Below are positions 35,593 to 47,733 of a stretch of 64,000 nucleotides of DNA, piece after piece. Numbering within the stretch: the first letter of the stretch is position 1; every line of letters begins with the position of its first letter. Origin of the DNA: Octopus sinensis (Eukaryota). Where the stretch lies: contig NC_043010.1 of the NCBI RefSeq assembly GCF_006345805.1, positions 38,564,001 to 38,628,000 of the forward strand. The letters are read 5' to 3'. The notes beneath the pieces were generated by a model, which was given only the letters and a program-made list of their open reading frames with translations, searched no databases and was not told the origin of the DNA. A program made the position numbers and the translations under genes.

Positions 35593-38430
35593 TTTATTTA
35601 ATAAAATTTGCCATGAAGGCATTACAAAGAGGAGACGAACACGGACAAATATAAAATGGTGTAGTAGCTTTAAAAATTTATGATAAATTTATGATACAAT
35701 TTAAAAATTACAAATTTCAATTTACAAATTACAAATTACTAATTACCAATTACATGATAACATGTTACTCATTGCGATTTGCAATGACTTCCCTGAAGGA
35801 AAGGCATCCGATCACCAGGGTAGAACCCTTGCTTTCGCTTTCCTTTTCTTTTTTTTTTTGGACTCCACTTACCTGGAGGCAATCGCTCCCAACTTCCTTG
35901 CCATAGGCTTCCATCTTTTCATGAATCTATCTCGTGACAGGTACCTCTTCTCCAGCCTGATCTTACTACTGAGGTGGTAACTAAAATAGTTAACCAACCC
36001 CTGGTCGGATACAAAGTTACCCGTCACTATGCCTCTCACACGCGTCTTCCATGCTGCTTCTTTCAGTATGGCTACTACGCAGAAAAAGCAAGCTTTATTT
36101 TCCCTCTTAAGGGAAGGAGGTAGCACAATCTCGATGATAGATTCAGCTGATAGCTGTACTCTACCCATCGATGACAACAGTTGTTCTGTGAATGCTATCA
36201 GTCTCGTTAATTCCGGACATTCCACAAATGCGTGCGAGACGGTTTCCCTGTCCCGCCCTCACATAGAACATGTCAGCGAGACCGCACTTCTGTGCATTGG
36301 CAGTTTATCACGAACAGGTAATGTCGCACGGAAGCACTGCCAAACTGAAGGCCTTACTGCTGTATGTCATATCAAGGATGACTAGCTCACCTTCAGGGTC
36401 TACATAGACTGTACTTGTCCGCAGAGCCAAGTCTTTCCGGACTAGTACTACTACACCTCCTCTCCCTCTGGTCTGGCTAGGAGACATTATTTTCTCATAG
36501 TCATTCAGGAGGAGCGAGAAGGCTTGTAGACTGTCCAGCTTGGTCTCTGTAGCAACCATCACATGCATATCGTGTGATCTGAGGTCGTCGAGGAAACAAG
36601 CTTGCTTCCACTTCGAGCTCAGACCACGCACATTCAAACACCCAAGACTAAGTGTAGCCAAAACAAGGAAAAAAATACAAAGGTTCTACTTACCCTTCAC
36701 TAGTGATGTTGGGGCTGACCTCACAACACACAAAGCAGCCCTTTCCTCCTTCAAATATTCTGGAAGGTCCGGGATACTCCTGATGGTCTTTGGATACCTG
36801 TCCTCCAGTTGCCTGTAAAGGCCTTCCCCTATTCAGGCACATCTTTCTCTTAAGTCCTTGTGCTGTTCAAACAGCGTGGTGGTGTGGTGATCTTTTACAA
36901 TATCCTCAATTTATTTGTCTCTGGTGTCATATTTTACCAGGGTTTTCTGTTCGTTATCTTTCGTCTTTTTCTTTTTTTTCCTTGTGGGACAATGGGACGG
37001 GTTCGTTTCTTTTTTTGTGGTGTGGTGCTTCCTTTTTCGTTTTCTTTTGTGGGGGATGTGGATGGGGAAGGTGCGTCTGTTCGTTTCCGAACTGCTGTGA
37101 ACTCCCCCTCAACCACCTCCATGGTGTCGTCCGGGGGAGTTACATGTTCTGGTGCCACTTTAGAGGGGGTGGGTGTTTTTGACGTTGTCGGGACTGGTGT
37201 AAGCATGGTCTGGGGTTTTTGGGTGTCATGTTTGGGGGCGGGCACCACAGATGGGGGAGTGGGAACTTTTGTTTCTGAGGGGGATAATGCATGTGCAGGT
37301 TTGGGGTCTTTTTTGTAATTGAGGGGCCTGCTGCCTGTGCCACTTTTCTTTTCCATTGTTCACAGTCTATACGGAAGTGGCCTTTTTTTGCCACATTCGT
37401 AACACGTTGGCTTTTTGCTCTCTACTTGTATTCTGAGCATCCTCTCTGGAAGCATTTTGATGTCTTCTTGAGTTCCCTGAATAATGGCAGAAATGCTCTG
37501 CCCGAGCCAGTTTTGTGGGGCAGAGCGTGTGATCTGAAGGAAGGCGATTTTGTCCGTCACCGCCCTTACATCAACTTCAGGTGGCACTTCTGTCACTCTT
37601 ACTCGAGCAGTTCGTCTCCCCATGTAGGTTGGCAGAAGTACCAACTCCTTCGTTTTCAAGGGACTCACTGAGTGCTCTTGGGCTTTTACTTCTGTTTCAA
37701 ATCTGACCTCTATTTTGCCATAAGTACGGCCCCTCGCTATATACTTTATGTCTTCCCATATGGGAGCCAGACATTTTTCAATTTTGCACTGCTCAAAGTG
37801 CTTAAATTTCTTTGTTGAAGGACAGTATGTTTTGAAAACAACTGTCCTTCTTTTCAATTTTTCAACACAAGGTGAGGGTAATATTTTTATATCACCCCAC
37901 TCTTTCATTTGTTTCAAAAATCTCGGAGAGCTTTTCCTTTGGTAGTTCGACGTTTTCAGTAGCCACCACTGTAACTGCTGAAAATTTCTTAACTGGCTCT
38001 TCCAGTGAATTTTTCTTTGAAATTATTTCGACCGATTTAATCCCAGAAAACAGGAAACCCATAATGTTTTCCCTTTTTTTTCTCTCAACGAGGACAACAG
38101 TTCAAATCCCACCCCCGCTGGGTGCGAGACGTAACAACAAAGCCTACAAGGGTCAAAGTTAAATTTTTCACAGAATAATAAAAATACGGTATCCCAAAAA
38201 ACTGGAAACCTATAATATGTTTTTTTCCTCACAACGAGGACAACAGTTCAAATCTCACCCCCACTAGGGGCGGGGTGCCACAATAGAGCCTACAACGGGT
38301 AACATTAAATTTTTCACACAATAATAAATTAATTATCCCCCCAAAACGGGAAACCTATAATATTTTTTCCTCTTAATGAGGATAACAGTTCAAATCCAAC
38401 CCCGCTGGGGTAGGGTGGGGGGCACGACAA
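35593..38430 (-). mobile_element. Tx1/L1-clade LINE with ORF1 (CCHC knuckle), the APE N-terminus and the zf-RVT C-terminus, lacking the RT domain
   Basis: ORF1 CYECGKK/GHFRIDC across a frameshift near 37390. ORF2 from 36661: GCLNVRGL, ATETKL, GGVVVLV. At about 36345 it jumps to QCFRATLPVRDKL...CSM*GRDRETVSHAFVEC. AATAAA at the 3' end. Confidence 0.85.
38050..38430. repeat. Three ~144-bp tandem monomers upstream of the Tx1 ORF1
   Basis: aggaYaacagttcaaatc at 38091, 38237 and 38379. Confidence 0.85.
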
Positions 38431-38599
38431 TAAATTTCCACTTATTTCTTATTTTTATTTTTCTAAAATTTTCGTTGCGTCTTGCAACCTTTTCAATAGT
38501 CTTTACTACTGAAAAATAAGAAATAAGTGGAAATTTTACTGATGAGTGTGTTAAATTATAAGGCACAAAAAGAAAATGATTCTCCCCAGACACAACCAA

Positions 38600-40182
38600 A
38601 TATAAATTGCAAGACCAAACGTGCCCACGATGCAATGTAAACTATGTTGGGGTCTGGTTGCTAAGAACGAGGACGAGGTGGCGAACAAGGTGGCAGAAAT
38701 GGGCTGAGATGAAGTTGTCCCTGAAAGGTCGGGCAGAGGTGGCGAATGCTTACTTTGCCTCCGTTATCATTTATCGCCCAACTGTCGTCCCTTGTCCCAG
38801 TTACTGCTTGACAAGGTTGGAGCGTCTCTTATTTAAATTCTTGTCGAAGAGACACGTTCCAATGGTCAGGCAGTCAGTCTGTTGCCAGTATCCTTTGAGT
38901 GGTGGATTAGGGATGCGGTGGCTCCTAATGCGTAGACACGCTCTTAGGACACGCCACCTGCAACGATTTCTGGACAGTGAGCGTGTGTGGGCTCCGTTTA
39001 TGAGGCTCGTTTTTCCTCAACTCGTCTCCTTGACGGAGCTGCAGCCCTGGGTGAAGAAAAGACCGAGTCTGGGTGCCTGGTACCTAGAATATCGTTAGAG
39101 GCTCACAGCCCTCAACCAGTCGGGCAATGAGATCGGTGGATGTTCCGCTTTAGAAATTTATTAAGGATTAGTAGCGGGGAAGTGCGACGACGTTCTCGGG
39201 GAGACTCTGGGTACCGACGAGAACGAACTGGCTAGTCTGTTATGGAGGACTTTCCTGTCGGGAACTATGATGGATAATTTCCAGATGTCCTTGGCCTGGC
39301 AGTGCTACCGTAGGGCGCTACCGGGGGGCGCTACCGGGGGGCGCTACCGGTTCGAGATAAACTCTACAAGCACGGATGTGCTGTCAGATGGGCTTTTCTG
39401 AGGTGAGCGCAGAGTGACGAAGTCGTTCTGCACGCCCTTGTTCAGTGTCCAGGCATTGCTGGCTTGTGGGGTTATGTCGAACACCTGTTGTCACGTGCGG
39501 GATAGATCCGTCTGTCGGCCGAGTCTATAGTGACGACAGCCCCGCAGCCCTCCTTCAATCGGTCAGGCAAGGCAGTTTTCCTTTGCTTGGTGGCTGTGGC
39601 GAAAGAGGTTGTTTGGTGGACAAGGTTGAAAAGCACGAGTACAGATACATTCCTCTTTAGTAGAGCTCTCATCGACTTCTTCAAGTTTCACTTGAAAAGG
39701 AAGTTGAGAGTGGAGAGGGAAGTGCTATCCTCGAGTGGGTTTACTGAAAGGTGAGTGAAAGTTGCGAAAATAGCAAGACTGTGCTACCTCTCTAAGTGTA
39801 GACCTGTGAGTCGGAGAAAAGGAATTGGAGAGGGCATTGCTCTTGGGGGTTTCAGGGAAATCTCGGATGGTGGGTTCGTCGATTATCCCTAGAGGTCTTC
39901 CTGTATCAGGAGGGCCACATCTCTATCATCCTCCCGCCACTTTTTTCTTTTTTTTCTAAACCTTCGTATGGTATGCATATGTCCCTTCTTTTCAGTGTAT
40001 ACCCTGTATACGTTCATTCTTTCTTTCTTTCTTTCTTTCTTTCTGCCTTCCTTCCTTCCTTCCTTCCTTTCTTCCTTCCTTCCTTTTTTTCATTTTTTAA
40101 TCATTTCATTATATGTAAACCCTCACACTTTGTCTGTCTTTGTATTGTTCCCCTCATCCTTCGCCCTTGTAGTAAATAAATG

Positions 40183-40185
<3 letters not shown>
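38600..40185 (+). mobile_element. 5'-truncated Tx1/L1-clade LINE (post-RT ORF2 and 3' UTR), a different family from its neighbour
   Basis: YVGVW...LSLKGRAEVANAY...GGLGM...SLAWQCYRRALP..VRDKL...HALVQCP with several stops. Ends aaataaa before (ATC)n(ATT)n. Confidence 0.85.
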
Positions 40186-40213
<28 letters not shown>

Positions 40214-40243
40214 TATTATTATTATTATTATTATTACTATTAC

Positions 40244-40293
<50 letters not shown>

Positions 40294-40336
40294 TATTATT
40301 ATTATTATCATCATTATTAGCCTACAATATAGTATA

Positions 40337-40376
<40 letters not shown>

Positions 40377-40377
40377 C

Positions 40378-40473
<96 letters not shown>

Positions 40474-41882
40474 GTATATGTATATGTACGTATATATACA
40501 TATATATATATAAATAATGCATAGAAACCCACACATGTATGCGCAGAAGTCTCTCATACACTTTGTCCTTTAATTCTCACATTTAGCTATTTCTTGATTC
40601 AGCAATGACCATCTTTAATTACCAACTTCGTTGTTTCTTTCTATATCCCTTATCCATTCCCATCAAATCTACATTATCTTATTTTATCTTCGTCTTCTCG
40701 TTATGCTCTCACACAGCAATGGCAGACTTACTTAACGATGTGTCACGTGATAATTCTGTAACTCTTTTGAATAAGGAGATCAGTTAAATTGTGCGTGGCA
40801 ATTAAATATCGTCCGCTATGCGAATTTTATGTATTTTTGTTGTTTCTTTTTTTGTTGTTATTGCCTCCTCCCACCTCGATCCGCCTCCGTTCCAGTGTTG
40901 CCCATTAGTAACGCGTTTGTTTGTTTGTCGTTTCTGGAATTGAGAGGAGACTATCAGAGAAAGTTTCGAATATCAAGATGAACACGTATCAAAGGCAAAA
41001 AGAAAAATGATAGGTAGAGCGAATATAGAAATAGAGAAAGCAAGTGAAAGAATGAGAGAAAGAGATAGATAGATAGATAGATAGAGAGAGGGAGAGGAAG
41101 AGAGAGGGAGAAAGAGTGAGAGATTGATAGATTGATAGATAGATCGATAGAAAGGGAGAAGGAGAGGGAGTATAAGAGAGAGAGAGAGAAAGATAGATAG
41201 ATTGATAGATAGAGAGAGAGGGAGAGTGAGAGGGAGAAAGAGGGAGAGAGAGAGATAAAAAGAGAAACAGGGAGATAGAGAATGAGATATAGATAGATTG
41301 ATAGATTGATAGATAGATCGATAGAGAGAGAGAAGGAGGGTAAGAGAGAGAGAGAAAGTGTGAGAGAAAGATAGATAGATTGATAGATAGAGAGGGAGAG
41401 TAAGAGAGAGAAAGAGGGGAGAGAAAGAAAGAAAGAGAGAAAATAAGAGAGAAAGAGAGAAAGAGAGAGAGAAATAGGAAGACGATTCTGGCGTTGTTTT
41501 CCTTTTACTGTTTTCCTCGGCAATCTTCAGAATAATAGCAGGAGTGACAATGGTAAGAAATGGCACGTTAAAGAAACAAGGAAGGAAAGAGACGGTGAGT
41601 AAGAGGGAAAGGAACGAGTGACAGATAAAGAAAGAGAGGAGAGGAACACGAAGAGAATGGTTGTGGTCTGCTAAGAGATAATTATTTATCTCCTTACTAT
41701 GAGTTCAGTTTTAATTAAGTCTCTATTTTAATTGATTATTTTAAGTATGTGGATTTCACTATCATCATCATCATCATCATTATTATGTTTGAATTTTGCT
41801 TTACATTTGTACAAGTTGGTTCCAAGTCTCACCTAGAGACCTCAAGAGACAGCAAGTTGGAAGTTCATGTTGGTGTTATGCC

Positions 41883-41937
<55 letters not shown>

Positions 41938-42078
41938 CATCATCATCATCATCATCATCATCAGTGAAACGAGTTGGGTGGGGTTAATCTGTCTACAAAT
42001 GCCCTAATTATATCAATCTTGTGTAATCCCTAAACAATCTGCATTACACACACACACATGATGATAACACTTCGTTTC

Positions 42079-42148
<70 letters not shown>

Positions 42149-42440
42149 GTCTGTCTATCTGTCTGTCTGTCTGTCTGTCTGTCTGTTTATCTGTCTTTGT
42201 GTGTGCTTCTATCTGTCTGTATGTATGTATGTATGTATGTATGTATGTATGTATGTATGTATGTATGTATCTGTCTGTCTGTCTGTCCGTCTGTCTATGT
42301 GTGTGTCTGTATGTATGTATGCATGTATGTATGTATGTATGTATGTATGTATCTATCTATCTATCTATCTAACTGTCGGTTTGTCTGTCTGTCAGTGTGT
42401 GTGTATGTCTATGTACTTATGCATGTATGTATGTATATAA

Positions 42441-42540
<100 letters not shown>

Positions 42541-43121
42541 AGAGGTGAGCTAAATGCTTTAACAACATACAATTTATGGTGCCGAATGCGAAATCTGAAA
42601 CCGTTGGCATGGGTTCGAATAGACTGTTAATACAGCTAAATGTTGACCACTTTTACGAGAAGAAAAAAAAACCCAATGTAAACACATGAAATCAAAGAAT
42701 TCCACTCGTCATCGCTATGAAATTACTGGCAACCGTTGCTTAGGAATCGATCGATGTATAATCTTAGAAACCATTACGCGTTACCGTTTAAACCGTAATC
42801 GCTTTTAAAGGAAGGTTAATAGGCAAGGTCACAAGGTCATGAGGTTAAAATGTTCGATTTGTAATTAGGTTTTCCGACTTTGATCCCACATTGTAATATG
42901 GTTAGTCAAGTCTTTAACCATAGTCTCGAGTTAACCGTTGTGGCGACATATATTGACCCCAGAGTCGTCTTAACAGCATTAAAATCAATGTACTGGGTCC
43001 TATAGCCTTTATTTATTGACTGCAAACTACGGTATATATGGATTAAAAATGGATTCATGGATCCAGTGGGCCCCCAGATAACTGCCCAATGTGTCTTAAG
43101 ACGGTACTGATTGGAGCTGGC

Positions 43122-43340
43122 AGAAACGTTTGCACGCCGGGCGAAATGCTTAGCGGTATTTCGTCTGCGTTACGTTGTGAGTTCAAATTCCGCCGAGGTC
43201 GACTTTGCCTTTCATCCTTTCAGGGTCGATAAATTAAGTACCAGTTACGCACTGGGGTCGATGTAATCGACTTAATACCTATGTCTGTCCTTGTTTGTCC
43301 GCTCTGTGTTTAGCCCCTTGTGGGTAATAAAGAAATAGGT
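43122..43340 (+). mobile_element. SINE2 well-preserved copy
   Basis: gagctggcagaaacg...gagttcaaattccgccgaggtcgactttgcctttcatcctttcagggtcgataaattaagtaccag. Confidence 0.85.
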
Positions 43341-44158
43341 ACTGATTGGGCCACTCTGAAAATGTGACTTAGCTGACAGAATTAATTTCCTTTAAGTTGC
43401 AATCTTGTCTCCGTATAGGGTGAACATAAGGAGGATATCCTAGGCAGAGGGCGTTCCTAAGACATTTGGTAGATATTTGTGATTTATGTGACTCTAAACA
43501 ATCATGGGTAATCTACGGGCTGCGGGACTATGAATAACGCGTTTAAGGAAAAATTATTTTGAAATTTTTAGTAGTACGGACCGCAAGATGATGAGCCGTG
43601 TCTCATGTGACTAGCTTCTCGAAAAATGCTTCTCATGCCTGCTCTCTGATGTAAATGTTTCTCAATGAAGGAGGAAGTCACTTCTTTTAAAGTTATAGGT
43701 CCGACATAAAGAATCGAGCGTTACGGTTGGTTGGTTGGTTGGTTCCCCACATTGGAACGTTTCTACACTGAAACGTTTGAGTCAATAGTGCGTGACAAAT
43801 ATGTAACAAATATGTTGAAGTGAGTAACGTTGCTATTCTTCCATTTAATAAACTTACTGATACAGTTCCGTCTAACCACCGCCTGGGATTCTTTCAAAAG
43901 TTGACCTCGGTGGAATTCGAACTCCGTGGGGCATCTTTTCCGTCTGCTTGTTCTTCTGACACTGGCATTAAGCTGTATCGGCCTTACTCTTTTCTTGGTG
44001 TCGAGAGGGAAAAACTGGCAAACTGAAATGCATTGTTAGTCTTTAACAAAAATCCTTGATCAGGCATTTATCGTGGAGAAGAATTTTCCTGGTATGGAAA
44101 GCCTTGGTCAATCGTTATAGAACAATGCTCTATAAACTCACAGACACATGCGCACCAG

Positions 44159-44292
<134 letters not shown>

Positions 44293-44757
44293 CCTTCTTG
44301 GCTCGATCTGTAGATAGACGTCGTTTTCTATATAAACAGACGTCGGTGTAGGCAGACATATACGTATTTAGTGAGAGAGGCACCAACATGTAGCTTTTTG
44401 AATTGATAGACATACCTATAGATTGAATGGCGGTGCCCCAGCATGGCAACAGCTCGTGAGCTGAAACTAGATAAAATGAAAAATACAAGTACCAATAAAT
44501 AGACAATTATATACATCTATTAATAATCCGTCGTCTCCCGCGAACGAGTATGGCTTGATAATTAACAAAAGCATGGTACTTATAATAAGTAGCATGCTTT
44601 TGTTAATTCTTTTAGGTGCCTATGTAAGTCTTGAGCAGACATATAGTCATCTTGTCGTCTCTCATAATTTGTATCAGCAGCAAATCCAGGATGTAAGAGC
44701 TGGAAGTAGATAAGCTGATAGATAGAAAGAGAGAGGAAGAGAGAGAGAGAGAAAGAA

Positions 44758-44788
<31 letters not shown>

Positions 44789-45231
44789 GAGAGAGAGAGA
44801 GCATTCGGCTGGTGCTAATTTTCAGCTGAGTTCAGTGGAGCAACGTGAGAACTGACTTGCGCAAAAACACACCGCACCACCTGGTCCAGGAACTGAACCC
44901 ATGGAATTATGATCATGAGGCAGATACCGTAACTACCAGGCCATAGGCCTTCACATATGATGATGATGATGATCAGTGGCGGACTGGGTGTAAAAATACT
45001 GGTTGCCAGGGGACTAAGGGAGCCCACCCGCAACTACAAGGGGGTTCACCTGCAATTACAATGCTATCACAGTGTATCATACGTCCGGTGTTGATGTGAT
45101 CGCGGAGTAACCTGAGATGAAGTGTATTGTTCAAGAACACAGCGCACCACCCGGTCCAGGACTTGAAATCACGATCTCGCAATCATGAGAACAACACCCT
45201 AACCACTGGTCCATCTGCCCTCTCTCTCTCT

Positions 45232-45281
<50 letters not shown>

Positions 45282-45373
45282 ACACACACACACCACACAC
45301 ACACACACACACAGATGCTTATACACACACACACAGATGCTTATACACACGTGTGTGTATAAGCATACCAACA

Positions 45374-45522
<149 letters not shown>

Positions 45523-45598
45523 GTCTGTCTGCCTTTCTGTCTGCCCGTCTGCCTATTATAGTGTTCTGTCTTACTCTTTTTCTCTCTATCTCTCTCTC

Positions 45599-45629
<31 letters not shown>

Positions 45630-46236
45630 ACACATACACACACACAGATATATACACACACACACACGCACACACACAAGCACGCACACATTCACTCACA
45701 GATTAGATATACACACACACACGCACACGCGCACACACACACATACTCATATTTATCGTCGGAAATAGTCTCACTTTGTTGGTAAATGTTGAAGCAATTG
45801 TTTCATTTCACACGAACATTACTTGCTCACCGGAAGTTAAACATAGTAGGCGTTTCGTGATGTTTTTCTAATTTCGTGCGATACTCGCGTGATCTTGTAT
45901 GGTTTTTGGGTTATATTATTTTCAGCGTAACCTAAAGCCGATCTAACAATCGTATTGAATGAAGCGAACAATCGAACAAGAAGATTAAACAGGAATACCA
46001 ACCCAATTTTAGAATCCCTCTTTAAATGAAAAGGTCACTGGAATAGTAGAGTGCCGGAGTAAAAAGTGAGGGATGGGGGTTTGGTTTGGGGTGGGGGATA
46101 TTGGGGGAAAAAGGAAATCGTCCGATATTGTATTACTCATTGGATTTCCTTTCTAGATATCATAATAATACAGGCGCGCTCCGACACGAACCGTTGCGGT
46201 GTTGCGCATGAGCAAGTGGTGTGTATGTGCGTGCGA

Positions 46237-46276
<40 letters not shown>

Positions 46277-46332
46277 ATGCGTATGTGTGTGTATATGTAT
46301 ATATGTGTGTGTGTGTGAATGTGTGAATGTGT

Positions 46333-46432
46333 NNNNNNNNNNNNNNNNNNNNNNNNNNNNNNNNNNNNNNNNNNNNNNNNNNNNNNNNNNNNNNNNNNNN
46401 NNNNNNNNNNNNNNNNNNNNNNNNNNNNNNNN
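46333..46432. other. Assembly gap (100 N)
   Basis: A run of N flanked by microsatellite. Confidence 1.
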
Positions 46433-46951
46433 ATAAATATGGATGTGTATATATATATATATGTATACATATATGTTGTATGAAATATGTTAATATATCT
46501 TTATAACGTGTATATATACGCATAAGTGTATATATATATATATATAAATATACACATACATATTTATATCTATGTATATATATATTCGCACACACACACA
46601 CGCGCGTATATATATTTACTGAAAGACAAAATCATAAAAGTTCCCCCGATTCCTTAATGAATAATAAAAGAATCCCACAAAACCGAAAAAACAGAACCCC
46701 GAAACATAGCTATACACAAACGTAAATTCATAAAACGTACGCTACTCATTATACGCTTCTAACGAAAATTGTTCATGGGATCATATTCAGAATAAAACGT
46801 GATATCAGAAACAAAAAAATATGAAGAAATGGGAAACTAAAAAAAATCAGGCAACAAAACAAAGGAAAAAAACCCCAAAAAAACCCCAATCTTATTCACG
46901 AACAGGAATGCAATGTTCATTCTTTTAAGGAGTTGCGAATATGTTTATGTG

Positions 46952-47005
<54 letters not shown>

Positions 47006-47056
47006 ATATATTATTATATATATATATATATATATAATATATATATATTATATGTT

Positions 47057-47091
<35 letters not shown>

Positions 47092-47094
47092 ATG

Positions 47095-47130
<36 letters not shown>

Positions 47131-47147
47131 ATATAATACATATATAT

Positions 47148-47192
<45 letters not shown>

Positions 47193-47484
47193 GTACGCAT
47201 GTATATATACAGATGACTAAAGCAATTAAAAACAAAATAACGTATTCTTTTATTGTCTGTCTATATATACATATATAAATATATACATATCTTTGAGGAG
47301 TTGTATGTTTAACATAAGTAATATACCTTCATTATTCCTATATATAGAAAAACAAAGGCAATTATTTTGGTGTATCATGCTCTGACAGCTGGCATTGAAG
47401 GACGGTGGGAAGAAACCCACTATATTTAACACAGAAAGTATGTACATATATAAACAGTTATGTGTTGTTTTGTATAGATATATA

Positions 47485-47530
<46 letters not shown>

Positions 47531-47571
47531 TATATATTGTATTTCACGTTATTTATTATGTAAAGGTTTAT

Positions 47572-47629
<58 letters not shown>

Positions 47630-47656
47630 AAATAAAAACATGATGCGAAGGATTCA

Positions 47657-47733
47657 GCGGTACATAGTTTCGGGCCTTTATTAGACAGATTTATAACAAT
47701 GCATAATGTATGTCTGTGGCCTTCTTCAGCCGC
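47657..47733 (-). ncRNA. Type I hammerhead ribozyme with intact core and extended stem II (fifth family)
   Basis: gcgg CUGAAGA a ggcc...acaga..ucugu...ggccc GAAA C uau G UA ccgc: stem I 4 G-C pairs, stem III 2 bp with a 3-nt loop, GUA triplet. The register at the base of stem II has one mismatch or bulge. Confidence 0.65.
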
